Source: a candidate division FCPU426 bacterium (lineage in GTDB: Bacteria; Oederibacteriota; Muellerivitia; Muellerivitales; Muellerivitaceae). From it: a stretch of DNA of 64,000 bases. Where the stretch lies: the NCBI GenBank assembly GCA_963847625.1, contig CAWKAR010000039.1, positions 128,001 to 192,000 of the forward strand, given 5' to 3'. Below are positions 27,839 to 38,499 of the stretch, piece by piece (position 1 is the first letter of the stretch; every line of letters starts with the position of its first letter). Made by a program: the position numbers and the translations under genes. Under the pieces are notes generated by a model that saw nothing but the letters and a program-made list of their open reading frames with translations, was not told the DNA's origin and did no database searches.

Positions 27839-30800
27839 ATGAAAAATCTTCAAAGGTGGATCGGTTGGACACTCTTGGCCGCGGGTTCGGCCGGAACCTT
27901 GTTCTTGGGTTGCACCAGAAGCATGAACGTCACCCCTTCCTTCCCCCTGATCTACGCGACTGAAACTTCCACCTTTGCTTTGTCATCCACAAATACTCCG
28001 ACCCCGACTAATACGCCCACCCCCACAGCCACTCCAACCATTACCGGCGGTACGATGACATCCACTAACACTCCGACCCCCCCATTCACTGTTACACCCA
28101 CGGCCACTCCCACCACAACGGATACACCCTCGAACACCACTACGGGAACTCAGTCTCCGACGAATACCGCGACTGTAACCTCTACTGCGACTAATACCCC
28201 TACCGCCACCTTGACCTCGACAAACACGCTTGCCATAACCCCAACGATGACGTCCACCCCTTGCGCCAACCCTCTTCTTCTTTCGTCCTTTAATTTCGAT
28301 ACGAATATCCAATGCTGGTCGGATTGGACAGGCGGCAACCCGATCCCAGGCGCGACAATCCAGGTGGACAATACGAACTTCCACAGCGGCGGCGGATCGT
28401 TGGAAATCATTCTTCCGTCAACGGCATCCGGGGGCATGATCGGTTTAAACTTCTCATCGGGTGTGACGATTGAACCCGGAAGCACCATGGTACTCTGGTA
28501 CATGTCTTCTTCCAGCTCTCCCACCGGCCAACTTTTCGACGCCAGCGGGACTGGTTATAATTGGGGCGGCACTCAATGGATCAGCAACCTGGCCACAACC
28601 TGGACCCCTGTTACCCTGACCTTCAATCCGATATACCCAAATGATGTTTTGCAATTAGGAATCCAGATCGGGGGTACTTTCCCCTCCTCGCCTGTAACCG
28701 TTTGGATCGACGACGTCACGATCACCCTTGCCACGACGTCCACCAACACCCCGACCCAGACCAACACCCCCACCCCCACGATTACTTTCACGCTTACGCC
28801 GACCCCTACCGTTACGCCCACTCCTACCATCACCTTAACTCCAACCATCACCGAAACGCCCACTCCAAGTCTGACCCCTATTCCCGGAATCACGGACATA
28901 ACCTCCAATATCAATGGATCCTGTGTGTCCGGTGACACGACCGGACTTACTGACAACTATAATGAAGTTGTCACCCAAGGCGGTCCTGCGCCGTACAGCC
29001 CGGTTACTTACGGATTGGGGGCGCCCGATATCGCCTACTCGTTCACGCTGTCTAATCCCACCAACCTCTTCATCAGCGTCTGCGGTGCCAGCTTTAATTC
29101 GGTGCTTTACTTGAGGACCAATCCGGCCGATCCAAGCACCACCCTGGCCCTGGACGACAATTCGGACTATTGCAATACTAATTTTTCCTCGCCTTCATCC
29201 TCTTCCTTGGTGACGGGAGTCCTCCAGCCCGGCGTCTATTTCGTTATCGTGGATGGGGTAGGCGCGACGGATTACGGGACCTACAGTCTGTGCGTATCCA
29301 TCTTCAGCCCTACCTGCTCCCTGACGCCCGTGGCAACGCCGGTGGCGCTCGTTCTCCCGACCACCACCCCCACCGATTTGGGGACTGTGTCCGTGGACGC
29401 GGTGGGTACCGGCCATATCGATTGGAATTTCGAGTACACCAACAGCTGGACCTTCACGGCTGGGGTGGCAGGTACCTACACGATCTCGCTGGATTGTTTC
29501 GACGATGGGACGGGCAAGGCCCGGGTGGCGTACGACCTTTACGATTCTGGCAACAATCTGCTTGCGAGTTCGAACGGGAACACGCCCCTGGATCAACTGA
29601 TGGGGCCCTTGTCGGTCCAACAATACACGGTAGTGGTCTACGCCTACTCGGAAGGGGCGCCAAGCGCGGATTACCGACTGGTCATCCAGGGGCCTCCGCC
29701 CACCTACACCCCCACTTTCACGATTACGCCTTGCGGGTATCCGGGAGACACCTGTACCCCTACATCCACCAATACCCCCACTGACACTATTACGCCCTGC
29801 GGGTATCCGGGAGACACCTGTACCCCAACTCCCAACAAACCCCCGATTCTCACGGTGACACCCCCCGTGCCCTTTACGCCGACGGTTCCGGCAGGCGCAT
29901 GCACTCAACTGGCAAACAGCTTCGAAACTTTCACAGGTACGAATCCTTATACCACTGAAAATGGGAGCTTAGCCCCGGATTCAAACAATCCAACCCTCTC
30001 TCAAACCACTACTGGTGCTACCGACGGCAGTAATGCCCTTGATATTGATATCACTAATAATGGTGGTTGGAACCAATTAGTGGACTGGAGTGGATTTGCC
30101 CAGAGCGATTTCACCAACGTGACCCAAATATTGATGGACGTGACGGTGGATTCGAGTTTGATTCAAACGGGTGCAGGGGCCTATAACCAACTCGCACTTG
30201 TCGCGAATCCCAGCACGTGGACGCCAATCACGGGAAATATAGATATCACAACGGGTTTACAAACCGTGGTCTTTACGGTAAGCGGTGCCCCGGCCCAGGT
30301 CAACGATCTCCTTTTGATTTTCAACACCGGTGGTTCCGGAACAGGGAACATCTACGTTGATAACGTGAGGTTTGTTTATAGCGTCTGCCCCCCGACTCCC
30401 ACCCCGACGCCCAATATCCCCGCCAATGGGCTATGGACATTCGGCCAGTTCGGCCAAGACGGAATCAACGGGGATTTCTTTGGCGCCAATGGGATTGCCG
30501 TGGATAACAGCGGAAAAATTTATGTTTCCGACATGTATATGGGAAACATCCAGGTTTTCAATTCCAACGGGAACTACCTTTACAACATCCAACCGCCCAA
30601 TCCCGATCCCTGGGGAAACGCCCCCTCTCCCTGGGGCTTGGCCGTGGACAACAACGGCAACCTTTTCGCGGCTTGTTACGACAACGGCAATGGATTGGTG
30701 GAGGAATTCAACACGTCCACCGGTGCCTTGGAAAATATGTTCTGGGGTTCCAACGATAATTCCGTCACTTATATCTATGCGCCCATGGACGTCAAACTGG

Positions 30801-31303
30801 ATAGTTCCGGGAACTTGTGGGTCGCGGACTTTCAGGGAGGTTATGTCGCCGAAATCGACCCGGCCACCGATACCGTCTTAAAAACTTCCACGAACTCTAT
30901 TACGCCCGTGGGCTTGGCGATCGACACGAGCAATACCTATGTCTACGCGACTAATCCCAATACCGGTTATGTGACCCAATACGATACCGCCACCTTGACG
31001 GCCCAAAACACCTTCAATGGGTCGGGTTGGACCACGCCATTAAGCGCCCCGGTCGGAATTGTCGTGACGCCTCTGGGCAATCTCATCATCGCTGATATTA
31101 ATAAAGGAGTTGTTGTCAATACGGATACATCCGGGAACTTGCTTGCGACGTTGCCGGTTGCCGGCAACATTCCATATAGGTTCCCCGCTTTTGACTCCGC
31201 GGGTAATTTGTATGTCACGACTAGCTATGTCAACTTCCAGTACTATTATTATATTGGCGATTATGTACAGGTGATCGACACCGGTTTCGGGTATTATCAG
31301 TAA
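27839..31303 (+). CDS. Thr/Pro-rich modular lipoprotein (two CBM-like domains, PPC-like domains, C-terminal NHL propeller)
   Basis: MKNLQRW...LFLGC lipobox; TP linkers; WIDDV and IYVDNV domain ends; GIAVD/GLAVD NHL repeats. Confidence 0.85.
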   Translation: MKNLQRWIGWTLLAAGSAGTLFLGCTRSMNVTPSFPLIYATETSTFALSSTNTPTPTNTPTPTATPTITGGTMTSTNTPTPPFTVTPTATPTTTDTPSNTTTGTQSPTNTATVTSTATNTPTATLTSTNTLAITPTMTSTPCANPLLLSSFNFDTNIQCWSDWTGGNPIPGATIQVDNTNFHSGGGSLEIILPSTASGGMIGLNFSSGVTIEPGSTMVLWYMSSSSSPTGQLFDASGTGYNWGGTQWISNLATTWTPVTLTFNPIYPNDVLQLGIQIGGTFPSSPVTVWIDDVTITLATTSTNTPTQTNTPTPTITFTLTPTPTVTPTPTITLTPTITETPTPSLTPIPGITDITSNINGSCVSGDTTGLTDNYNEVVTQGGPAPYSPVTYGLGAPDIAYSFTLSNPTNLFISVCGASFNSVLYLRTNPADPSTTLALDDNSDYCNTNFSSPSSSSLVTGVLQPGVYFVIVDGVGATDYGTYSLCVSIFSPTCSLTPVATPVALVLPTTTPTDLGTVSVDAVGTGHIDWNFEYTNSWTFTAGVAGTYTISLDCFDDGTGKARVAYDLYDSGNNLLASSNGNTPLDQLMGPLSVQQYTVVVYAYSEGAPSADYRLVIQGPPPTYTPTFTITPCGYPGDTCTPTSTNTPTDTITPCGYPGDTCTPTPNKPPILTVTPPVPFTPTVPAGACTQLANSFETFTGTNPYTTENGSLAPDSNNPTLSQTTTGATDGSNALDIDITNNGGWNQLVDWSGFAQSDFTNVTQILMDVTVDSSLIQTGAGAYNQLALVANPSTWTPITGNIDITTGLQTVVFTVSGAPAQVNDLLLIFNTGGSGTGNIYVDNVRFVYSVCPPTPTPTPNIPANGLWTFGQFGQDGINGDFFGANGIAVDNSGKIYVSDMYMGNIQVFNSNGNYLYNIQPPNPDPWGNAPSPWGLAVDNNGNLFAACYDNGNGLVEEFNTSTGALENMFWGSNDNSVTYIYAPMDVKLDSSGNLWVADFQGGYVAEIDPATDTVLKTSTNSITPVGLAIDTSNTYVYATNPNTGYVTQYDTATLTAQNTFNGSGWTTPLSAPVGIVVTPLGNLIIADINKGVVVNTDTSGNLLATLPVAGNIPYRFPAFDSAGNLYVTTSYVNFQYYYYIGDYVQVIDTGFGYYQ

Positions 31304-31390
31304 TCCAGCTAAACCCACCGGCCAGAGGAGTAACAGCCGGGTAGGAAATAAAATTTGAAAAAATCAATTAATGTTTTGAGGGAGGTTTCA

Positions 31391-31606
31391 ATGAAAAAAT
31401 CCATGGTTTTGATCTCGCTTTGTTTTTTCTTAGCCGCTTCTTCCACCCTGGCTTTCCCCGAACCCAAGGGAACGAAGTTCACCGAGGCAAAGCGCCAGGG
31501 AAAACTGGTCCGGCCCCATCCCAAATTCATGAGCCAAGGCAAACCGGCCACGGTAAAAGCCAAATTTATAAAGAAAAAGAAATTGCCTATCACTGAAAAT
31601 AAATAG
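31391..31606 (+). CDS. Small secreted basic protein
   Basis: GGAGG RBS, MKK signal peptide, Lys-rich mature part; followed by a terminator. Confidence 0.65.
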   Translation: MKKSMVLISLCFFLAASSTLAFPEPKGTKFTEAKRQGKLVRPHPKFMSQGKPATVKAKFIKKKKLPITENK

Positions 31607-31657
31607 CACTAAAGACTTAGATTCGCGCATTTGGGGTTTGAATTTATGGTTTTCGAG

Positions 31658-31687
31658 GGCCCGGTTTCACGCCGGGCCGTTTTTTTT
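31658..31687 (+). terminator. Intrinsic terminator
   Basis: GGCCCGG-7nt-CCGGGCC followed by a T tract. Confidence 0.8.
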
Positions 31688-32097
31688 ATTCCAAATCCTT
31701 ATGTATTTAACCTCTGTAAAATCAAAAAAGACTGATTTTATCGATTCCTCGTGGCCCCTTTTAAAAAAAGGACAATTGCGAGAGGGTTTAATTACACATT
31801 TTTTAATGGAATAAAATGCCACTTCCTCCATCTATAGATAGAAGTGAAAAGAAACTGAATGGGGGGGATTAAACAATTTCACAGGTCCTTATTTACCGGT
31901 AGGAAATGGAAATTCGGGACTATTTCACTTTATAAAAAGGCTTATGAAGGGCGAAACACCGCCCGGCTGGGATCGAGCTGATGTTTTTATTCGAATTTAC
32001 CATGAATTTTCAGCTTAAACTCGAGGTCCAAAAGTCCTTTCAGGGTATATGATTTCAATCATCCGGGGCCCTTTTCTATTTCAAGAGTTTCCCGGCA

Positions 32098-32111
32098 TTG
32101 TGGTATGATTT
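32098..32111 (+). promoter_or_regulatory. Extended -10-like motif TTGTGGTATGATTT
   Basis: About 60 nt upstream of ATG 32159; conserved among paralogues. Confidence 0.65.
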
Positions 32112-32158
32112 CAAGGTTTCGCGGTCATCTGGAATTTATTCAAACTCCCGAGGGAAAA

Positions 32159-35100
32159 ATGAAAAACCTACAAAGATGGATCGGTTTGACTCTATTGGCC
32201 GCGGCTTCGGCCGGCGTAGTATTCATCGGATGCACGAGGAACATGAGCGTTTCCCCCTCCGCTCCGATCACCTTAATGACGGCTACCTCCACATCGAACA
32301 CTACCACGCTTCCCACCGAGACTTTCACCAACACCCTGACGGTGACACCGACGAACACCCTGCCAGGCGTGCCGACGGACACCCCGACCGTTACGCTGAC
32401 GGAAACTCCGACGCTTACATCGACGAATACCCTTCCGGGCGTCCCGACGAACACCGCGACCAATTCGCCGACCTGCACCCTTACTTCGACAGCCACGTTA
32501 ACCCCCACGCCGACGAACACCACTACCGGGACTCAGCCCCCGACGAATACCGCAACCAATACTTCCACCGCCACCCCAACCCGGACTTATACGGTCGCCC
32601 TCACCCCAACGATGACGTCCACGCCTTGCACTGCACCTCTTCTTCTTGCATCCTATAATTTCGATACGAGTATCCAGTGCTGGACAGATTGGTCGGGAGC
32701 CTCCTCAATCCCAGGCGCGACGATTCAGGTGGACAATACGAATTTCCACAGCGGGGGTGGAGCGTTGGAAATCATCCTTCCGTCAACGGCGTCCGGTGGC
32801 AATATCGGCCTGGACTTTTCAAACGCGCCTGTGACGGTTCTACCAGGAAGTACGCTCGTCCTCTATTATATGGCTACTTATGCGACTTCCACCAACGTGC
32901 CCAACGGCCAGCTTTTCGATTCCAGTGGCGGCTACCATTGGGGAGGTACAAAATGGCTCGGCAATTTGGCCACTACTTGGACCCCGGTCACCCTGACGTT
33001 CAACCCGAATAATCCAGACGACATACAACAAGTTGGCATGCAGGTCGGGGGTACATTCCCTTCGGCAGTCACCATTTGGATCGACGACGTCACGATTACC
33101 CTCGCTCCGACGCCCACCAGCACCTCGACCCCGACCTCCACCTCCACGCTGACCGCTACCCTTACACCTACCATCACCGATTCACCCACTCCGACTCTCA
33201 CCGCCGTACCTGGAATCACGGATATCACCTCTAGTATCGACGGGACTTGCGTCTCGGGCGATACGACCGGACTCGGCGACACCTACAGCGAAACAACCAG
33301 CACCGGCACTTACGGGCAGGGTGCGCCCGACGTCGCCTATTTGATCAATGTGAGCCAACCCACCAACCTCTATATCAGCCTTTGCGGCGCCAGCTTTAAT
33401 TCCGTGCTTTACTTGAGGACCAATCCCTCTGATCCTAGCACTACCCTGGCCCTGGACGACGATTCGGATTCCTGTGGCGATACATCCTCTTCCCTAGTGA
33501 CAGGACTTCTCACACCTGGCATCTATTACGTGATCGTGGACGGAGCGACGGCTACGGATTTCGGAACCTATAGCCTTTGCCTGAGCACCTTCAATCCTAC
33601 CTGCTCGCTGACTCCTGTGGCAGTGCCGATACCGCTGGGAAGCCCGAGCGGCACGACCGACTTGGGGACTGTGTCAACGGACGCAGTGGGGACTGGCCAT
33701 GTCGATTGGGATTTCGAGTTCGCCAATAGCTGGACCTTCACGCCCTCGGTGACTGGTGACTACACAATCTCGCTGGATTGCTTCGACGATGGAAACGGCA
33801 AGGCCCGCGTGGCGTATGAACTTTTCGATTCGGGCGCGGTTTCAATCGCGAATTCGGCCGGAAATACCCCCTTGGATCAACTGACGGTTTCATTGACCCA
33901 ACAACAATATACGGTGGTGGTATACTCCGCTTCGCAAGGAGCGCCGAGCGGGGATTACCGCCTGGTCGTCACCGCGCCGATTATTCCCACGAGCACCCCC
34001 ACTCTTACAGCAACGATGACGCCGACGGTTTGTACCGGGGCACCTGTCTTCCAGACTTCCTATACTTATGATAATTGCCTCCAGGGATGGGGTCTGGATG
34101 GATCAGTCCCTGGCGAAACTCTTTTTAATTCCACTGACGTTTACCACAACTCCGCCGACGCTTGGGGCGCCTATATACCTTTCACCGCCGGCAGTAACGC
34201 CGAGGAAATTTGCATTTACCCCGCCTATGACGCGACGACCTTGACCGGTGCGACGATCACAGCGTGGATTTATTCCACGGCCGCGGGGAACGCCCAAATA
34301 TTCATAAACAGCAATAGTTATGGTGGTTATGAAAATGGCGGTTCCGTGAACGGCGCCCTTTATTATTACACTCTTGCTCCCAATACCTGGATGCCGATCA
34401 CATTGGTGACTAATTTCAGCGGCAATGAGAATGGAAACAAGGTCGATAAGTTCGGGGTCAATGTCCTGAACATGGCCGGACCCGCCACCGTCTACCTGGA
34501 TGACGTCCAGATTACCTATATGTCGACCCCGACACCCACCTTGACGCCGACCATCACCAACACTCCATTGCTAGGCACCAGCACGCCCACGAGTACCCCC
34601 ATGCCCACGTCCACTTCTTGCACCGCACCTCTGCTTCTTCCATCCTATACTTTCGATACGGATATCCAATGCTGGTCGGATTGGTCGGGTGCCTCCTCGA
34701 TCCCAGGCGCGACGATTCAGGTGGACAATACGAACTTCCACAGCGGTGGTGGAGCGTTGGAAGTCATCCTCCCCACTGTCGCCAGCGGTGCTATGATCGG
34801 CCTGGACTTTTCAAACGCGCCCGTGACTGCTTTGGCGGGAAGCACGCTCGTTCTATGGTATATGTCATCCTCCAGTTCCCCCACCGGCCAGCTTTTCGAG
34901 TCGAGCGGTGGTTATCATTATGGCGGTACGACCTGGATCCCCTCCCTGTCTACGACATGGACTCCAGTCACCCTGACGTTCAATCCGAATAATCCCAACG
35001 ACATTCAACAATTTGGCATTCAAATCGGGAGCACCTCTACACCCGTGACCATCTGGTTCGACGATGTGACGTTCACCCAGGGGAATACCCCCACGCCCAC

Positions 35101-36289
35101 GAATACATTGCCTCCGGGTGTGCCGACCAACACGCCCACAGCAACACCTTGCAACGCGTCCAGTGTCCAAACAAGTTATCCCTTCGACACCAGCCTGGAT
35201 TGCTGGCATGTGGACACCTCAAGCCAAGCGGTTGTGAGCTCGTTTATGATTTCCAACACCCAAGTCCATTCTGGAAGCGGCGCTCTCCAAGTCGCTGTCA
35301 CCGAGCCGGCTACTGCCGCCAATGTCCAGTTTGAGTTGCAATATACACCTGCTCAGGTATTGACCGGTGTCACCATCAGCGCTTGGTTATGGGTTGATCC
35401 CAGCTTTATCGGAGGCCAGGTACAAGCGTTCGAACAAAGCGGCGGCAGCTGGAAGTGGGACAGCGGGGGATGGATTACCTTCGACGCCACCAACACTGGC
35501 CAATGGATATCAATCACATACACCCCGAATTGGACTGGCGGCGATTCCACCCAAGTCCAGCTATTCGGGTTCCAGTTTTATAACATGCCCACGAATACCA
35601 CGGGTAACATCTATGTGGACGATGTGACGCTGACTTTTGCTAACACCCCCACGTTAACTTCCACGCCGACGATAACCAACACACCAGTAGCCGGAGTGCC
35701 CACCGCCACTCCTACTAATACTCCTATCGCGCTTACGGGTGAGGTGTGGACATTTGAGGATAATGGGACTGATGGCTGGTACGTCGCTTATCCCGGGGAT
35801 GATTCCGTTGCGGTAACAAATATAACCAGTTTCGGCGGAACAACCGATACCAGCACCTATGGTTTGGATATAGTAATGGCGGGCAATGAAAATGATGTCC
35901 AAGCCGAAGTAAACAGCGGTCCTCCTGGGGCCACGGCCACTTTGCCGATTAATTTCCAGCAATATAATCTTACAGGCGTCAGTTGTCAGGCTTGGTTTAA
36001 TTCCAACCTTTGGACAGGAAACACGAATGTGTTCACAGGCTTATACGTAAAAGCCAACGGCAATGCCTACGGGGGGACCTATGGTTTGGGTGCGACCGGC
36101 CCGCAAAATACATGGATTAACAACCCTGCGGGAACCTACCCTTATGATGGTTGGAACGCGTTGACTTTTGCGCCCTCCGGCGGTACCTGGACGACGGATA
36201 ATACGAACGTGACGACGGTTGGCATTGAGGTGAATTTAGGAGCCTCGGTGCCTGGGGACTTTGTGATTGACAACGTACAGCTTTATTAA
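32159..36289 (+). CDS. Thr/Pro-rich modular lipoprotein (five CBM-like domains plus PPC-like domains)
   Basis: MKNLQRW...VFIGC lipobox; domains end in WIDDV, YLDDV, WFDDV, YVDDV and VIDNV. Confidence 0.85.
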   Translation: MKNLQRWIGLTLLAAASAGVVFIGCTRNMSVSPSAPITLMTATSTSNTTTLPTETFTNTLTVTPTNTLPGVPTDTPTVTLTETPTLTSTNTLPGVPTNTATNSPTCTLTSTATLTPTPTNTTTGTQPPTNTATNTSTATPTRTYTVALTPTMTSTPCTAPLLLASYNFDTSIQCWTDWSGASSIPGATIQVDNTNFHSGGGALEIILPSTASGGNIGLDFSNAPVTVLPGSTLVLYYMATYATSTNVPNGQLFDSSGGYHWGGTKWLGNLATTWTPVTLTFNPNNPDDIQQVGMQVGGTFPSAVTIWIDDVTITLAPTPTSTSTPTSTSTLTATLTPTITDSPTPTLTAVPGITDITSSIDGTCVSGDTTGLGDTYSETTSTGTYGQGAPDVAYLINVSQPTNLYISLCGASFNSVLYLRTNPSDPSTTLALDDDSDSCGDTSSSLVTGLLTPGIYYVIVDGATATDFGTYSLCLSTFNPTCSLTPVAVPIPLGSPSGTTDLGTVSTDAVGTGHVDWDFEFANSWTFTPSVTGDYTISLDCFDDGNGKARVAYELFDSGAVSIANSAGNTPLDQLTVSLTQQQYTVVVYSASQGAPSGDYRLVVTAPIIPTSTPTLTATMTPTVCTGAPVFQTSYTYDNCLQGWGLDGSVPGETLFNSTDVYHNSADAWGAYIPFTAGSNAEEICIYPAYDATTLTGATITAWIYSTAAGNAQIFINSNSYGGYENGGSVNGALYYYTLAPNTWMPITLVTNFSGNENGNKVDKFGVNVLNMAGPATVYLDDVQITYMSTPTPTLTPTITNTPLLGTSTPTSTPMPTSTSCTAPLLLPSYTFDTDIQCWSDWSGASSIPGATIQVDNTNFHSGGGALEVILPTVASGAMIGLDFSNAPVTALAGSTLVLWYMSSSSSPTGQLFESSGGYHYGGTTWIPSLSTTWTPVTLTFNPNNPNDIQQFGIQIGSTSTPVTIWFDDVTFTQGNTPTPTNTLPPGVPTNTPTATPCNASSVQTSYPFDTSLDCWHVDTSSQAVVSSFMISNTQVHSGSGALQVAVTEPATAANVQFELQYTPAQVLTGVTISAWLWVDPSFIGGQVQAFEQSGGSWKWDSGGWITFDATNTGQWISITYTPNWTGGDSTQVQLFGFQFYNMPTNTTGNIYVDDVTLTFANTPTLTSTPTITNTPVAGVPTATPTNTPIALTGEVWTFEDNGTDGWYVAYPGDDSVAVTNITSFGGTTDTSTYGLDIVMAGNENDVQAEVNSGPPGATATLPINFQQYNLTGVSCQAWFNSNLWTGNTNVFTGLYVKANGNAYGGTYGLGATGPQNTWINNPAGTYPYDGWNALTFAPSGGTWTTDNTNVTTVGIEVNLGASVPGDFVIDNVQLY

Positions 36290-36307
36290 GAAGTAGTCCT
36301 GTTTGAC

Positions 36308-36343
36308 AAAGGCGGTCCGCTATTGGCGGACCGCCTTTTTTTT
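36308..36343 (+). terminator. Intrinsic terminator
   Basis: AAAGGCGGTCCGC-loop-GCGGACCGCCTTT plus T tract. Confidence 0.9.
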
Positions 36344-36452
36344 AGCGTACCGGGCGTAATGGACGGCCCGGGGTAAAAGACCCCTAGGTTGGCCGAAATC
36401 CCATCGAAAGTCCCACCCGGAGTTGGTTTTCTTCCTAAAACGAATAACGGCC

Positions 36453-36466
36453 TTGTGGTATCATTT
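36453..36466 (+). promoter_or_regulatory. Extended -10-like motif TTGTGGTATCATTT
   Basis: Third copy, upstream of lipoprotein 36559. Confidence 0.65.
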
Positions 36467-36558
36467 AAAGGTTCTCATAATTAAAGCTTGATTTTATCAA
36501 TGGCGGCCGGCTGTGGATTCACGGCTTAGACCTTCCTGAATAAATGGACGAGGGGAAA

Positions 36559-38259
36559 ATGAAAAACAAACAAAGTTGGATGGTTTGGACATTGCTCACT
36601 GCGGCTGCGGCCGGGGCCCTGTTCGTGGGTTGCACGAGAACCATATCCGTTCCGGCGTTGCCACCCTCCGCGAATACGTCTCCCACCAATACCCAAACGC
36701 TGACAAATACACCCACCCCGACGCCTACCCTAACCCCAACATCAACCCAAACACTAACAAATACACCCACCCCATCGCCTACTTCAACCCTAACCCCGAC
36801 ATCCACGCTCACGTCGACGTACACGCTTATCCCCACGATTGACCCAAGCATCACCCCAACCTTAACCTTCACTATTACTCTCACCCCTACGCCCACGGCT
36901 ACTTTCACTTTCACTTCCACGCCCTCCCTCACCCTGACTTCAACGGTCTCTACCACCTCCACGAATAGCTCCACCCCAACCTTTACCAGTACCCCCACCT
37001 CAACGCCGACGTTAGCTCTGTGTGCCGATCCGGCCATGATCGCCGACATGGATTGTACGCAGGGTGGGGGGGTCCCGGTCAGCCAAATCATCCTCATGGT
37101 GGACGCCAACGGGAATACCAGGAACGGGACTTGGTTCGTTTATGATAACGCAAAAACCCGGGCAGGTTGCCCTGATACGCAAAATCCCCTCAACCTGACC
37201 ACCGGTTATATAGGCAATGGCATGGAATGCACGGGGCAAGTCAATGGTTGTCCTCCAACCATGGCAGGGAATGCCCCTGCGAGTTTCGGCTTCTTTTTCG
37301 TCGCCCAGCCGGGTTATGGATTCCCCCCCGTTTATGACGCGGGCTCCCTGGGTTACACGGGCATCAGTTTCTGGGCCATGGCGAAACCCACATCCTTAAC
37401 CTACCTTAGTCCTCCCCTTTGCGGGAACGCCTTGCCTTGCCAGTTCGTGGTTCAATGGCTAAGTGGAATGACCACGCCGACCGGGAACTTGATGATTCCC
37501 CTGACGAAAAGTTGGAAGCAATATACGATTTATTTCGACCAGTTTAATACCGGAGGCACCCCTGTGGATCCTACCGCTTTATTGTTGTTAAGTTGGGGGC
37601 CTTGGACCGAAGGCAATTATCCATTCACCTACGATATCGTGGTAGACGAGGTCAAATTTGTTTCGGGCTCCGATCCCGCCCCGCCCACCCCCGTTCCGGC
37701 CGGGATGATCGATAGCAGTTCTGTTTTCTCACCAGGAAACCCGAATGCCATTAACGAAGTCTCCGGCCCCTTGGGAGTTCCGCCTAACTATTGGTTCACC
37801 TACGGCGCAGCGAGCTGTCCTTCCACCGTGACGACTTTCAACCCATGGGGGGCGTCTTTTTTCAGGTCCATGAACACGGATACCTCCGGCAATCCGGATC
37901 TTTGGTGCGTAGATTATGCCGGTACTGGTGGCGGAAATATCGGGTTTGGTGTCTCCGCGGGAGGCAACGGGACCACACCTTTAGACATTAGTCAGGGAGG
38001 CCTGTATTCAAACATTGAGTTCCTTTGCAAAGAGGGGCCCACGGGCGGTGCCGGCGCCACGAATTGGAATTTAGTAACCACAAATTCAAGCGGTACCGCT
38101 GGTTCTTGGCCCGTGACTTTGACCACGAGCTGGCAGAATTTCTCACAACCTTTTACGGCCTCAGCTGGGTTTTCACCCCAGTATGTATTGCAATTCATCT
38201 GGCAGTTTCAGGGAACGGGAGCATTCGACCTGATGCTGGACAACATCCAGGTCTATTAA
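36559..38259 (+). CDS. Thr/Pro-rich lipoprotein with two CBM11/CIA30-like domains
   Basis: LFVGC lipobox; long TP stalk; YTGISFWA, LTKSWKQYTIYF, VDEVKF, LDNIQVY. Confidence 0.8.
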   Translation: MKNKQSWMVWTLLTAAAAGALFVGCTRTISVPALPPSANTSPTNTQTLTNTPTPTPTLTPTSTQTLTNTPTPSPTSTLTPTSTLTSTYTLIPTIDPSITPTLTFTITLTPTPTATFTFTSTPSLTLTSTVSTTSTNSSTPTFTSTPTSTPTLALCADPAMIADMDCTQGGGVPVSQIILMVDANGNTRNGTWFVYDNAKTRAGCPDTQNPLNLTTGYIGNGMECTGQVNGCPPTMAGNAPASFGFFFVAQPGYGFPPVYDAGSLGYTGISFWAMAKPTSLTYLSPPLCGNALPCQFVVQWLSGMTTPTGNLMIPLTKSWKQYTIYFDQFNTGGTPVDPTALLLLSWGPWTEGNYPFTYDIVVDEVKFVSGSDPAPPTPVPAGMIDSSSVFSPGNPNAINEVSGPLGVPPNYWFTYGAASCPSTVTTFNPWGASFFRSMNTDTSGNPDLWCVDYAGTGGGNIGFGVSAGGNGTTPLDISQGGLYSNIEFLCKEGPTGGAGATNWNLVTTNSSGTAGSWPVTLTTSWQNFSQPFTASAGFSPQYVLQFIWQFQGTGAFDLMLDNIQVY

Positions 38260-38273
38260 CACTTTCGACAACT

Positions 38274-38309
38274 AAAAGCCCAAGGCCGGTTCCAGCCTTG
38301 GACTTTTTT
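38274..38309 (+). terminator. Intrinsic terminator
   Basis: CCAAGGC-loop-GCCTTGG flanked by A and T tracts. Confidence 0.75.
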
Positions 38310-38499
38310 ATTGTATTTCAACCCTTTTCTGCGATCTTCTTCAATGATTTCGAAGCGGTTCCCATGGCAGGGTTGTTTCAAGATTTTCATTGTTCTTTCA
38401 GAAACTGTTTAGGAATTTTAAAATTTTTTAGGGAAAAGGTTCCTTTTCTCCGTTATGCTTTCCTCCTGTCAACCAAGTCCTGAACCATGGGAGGAAAAT

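Noticed and set aside
28260..35075. Diversity-generating retroelement TR/VR pair
   Set aside because: All copies are coding, differences are not adenine-specific, and there is no reverse transcriptase in the window.
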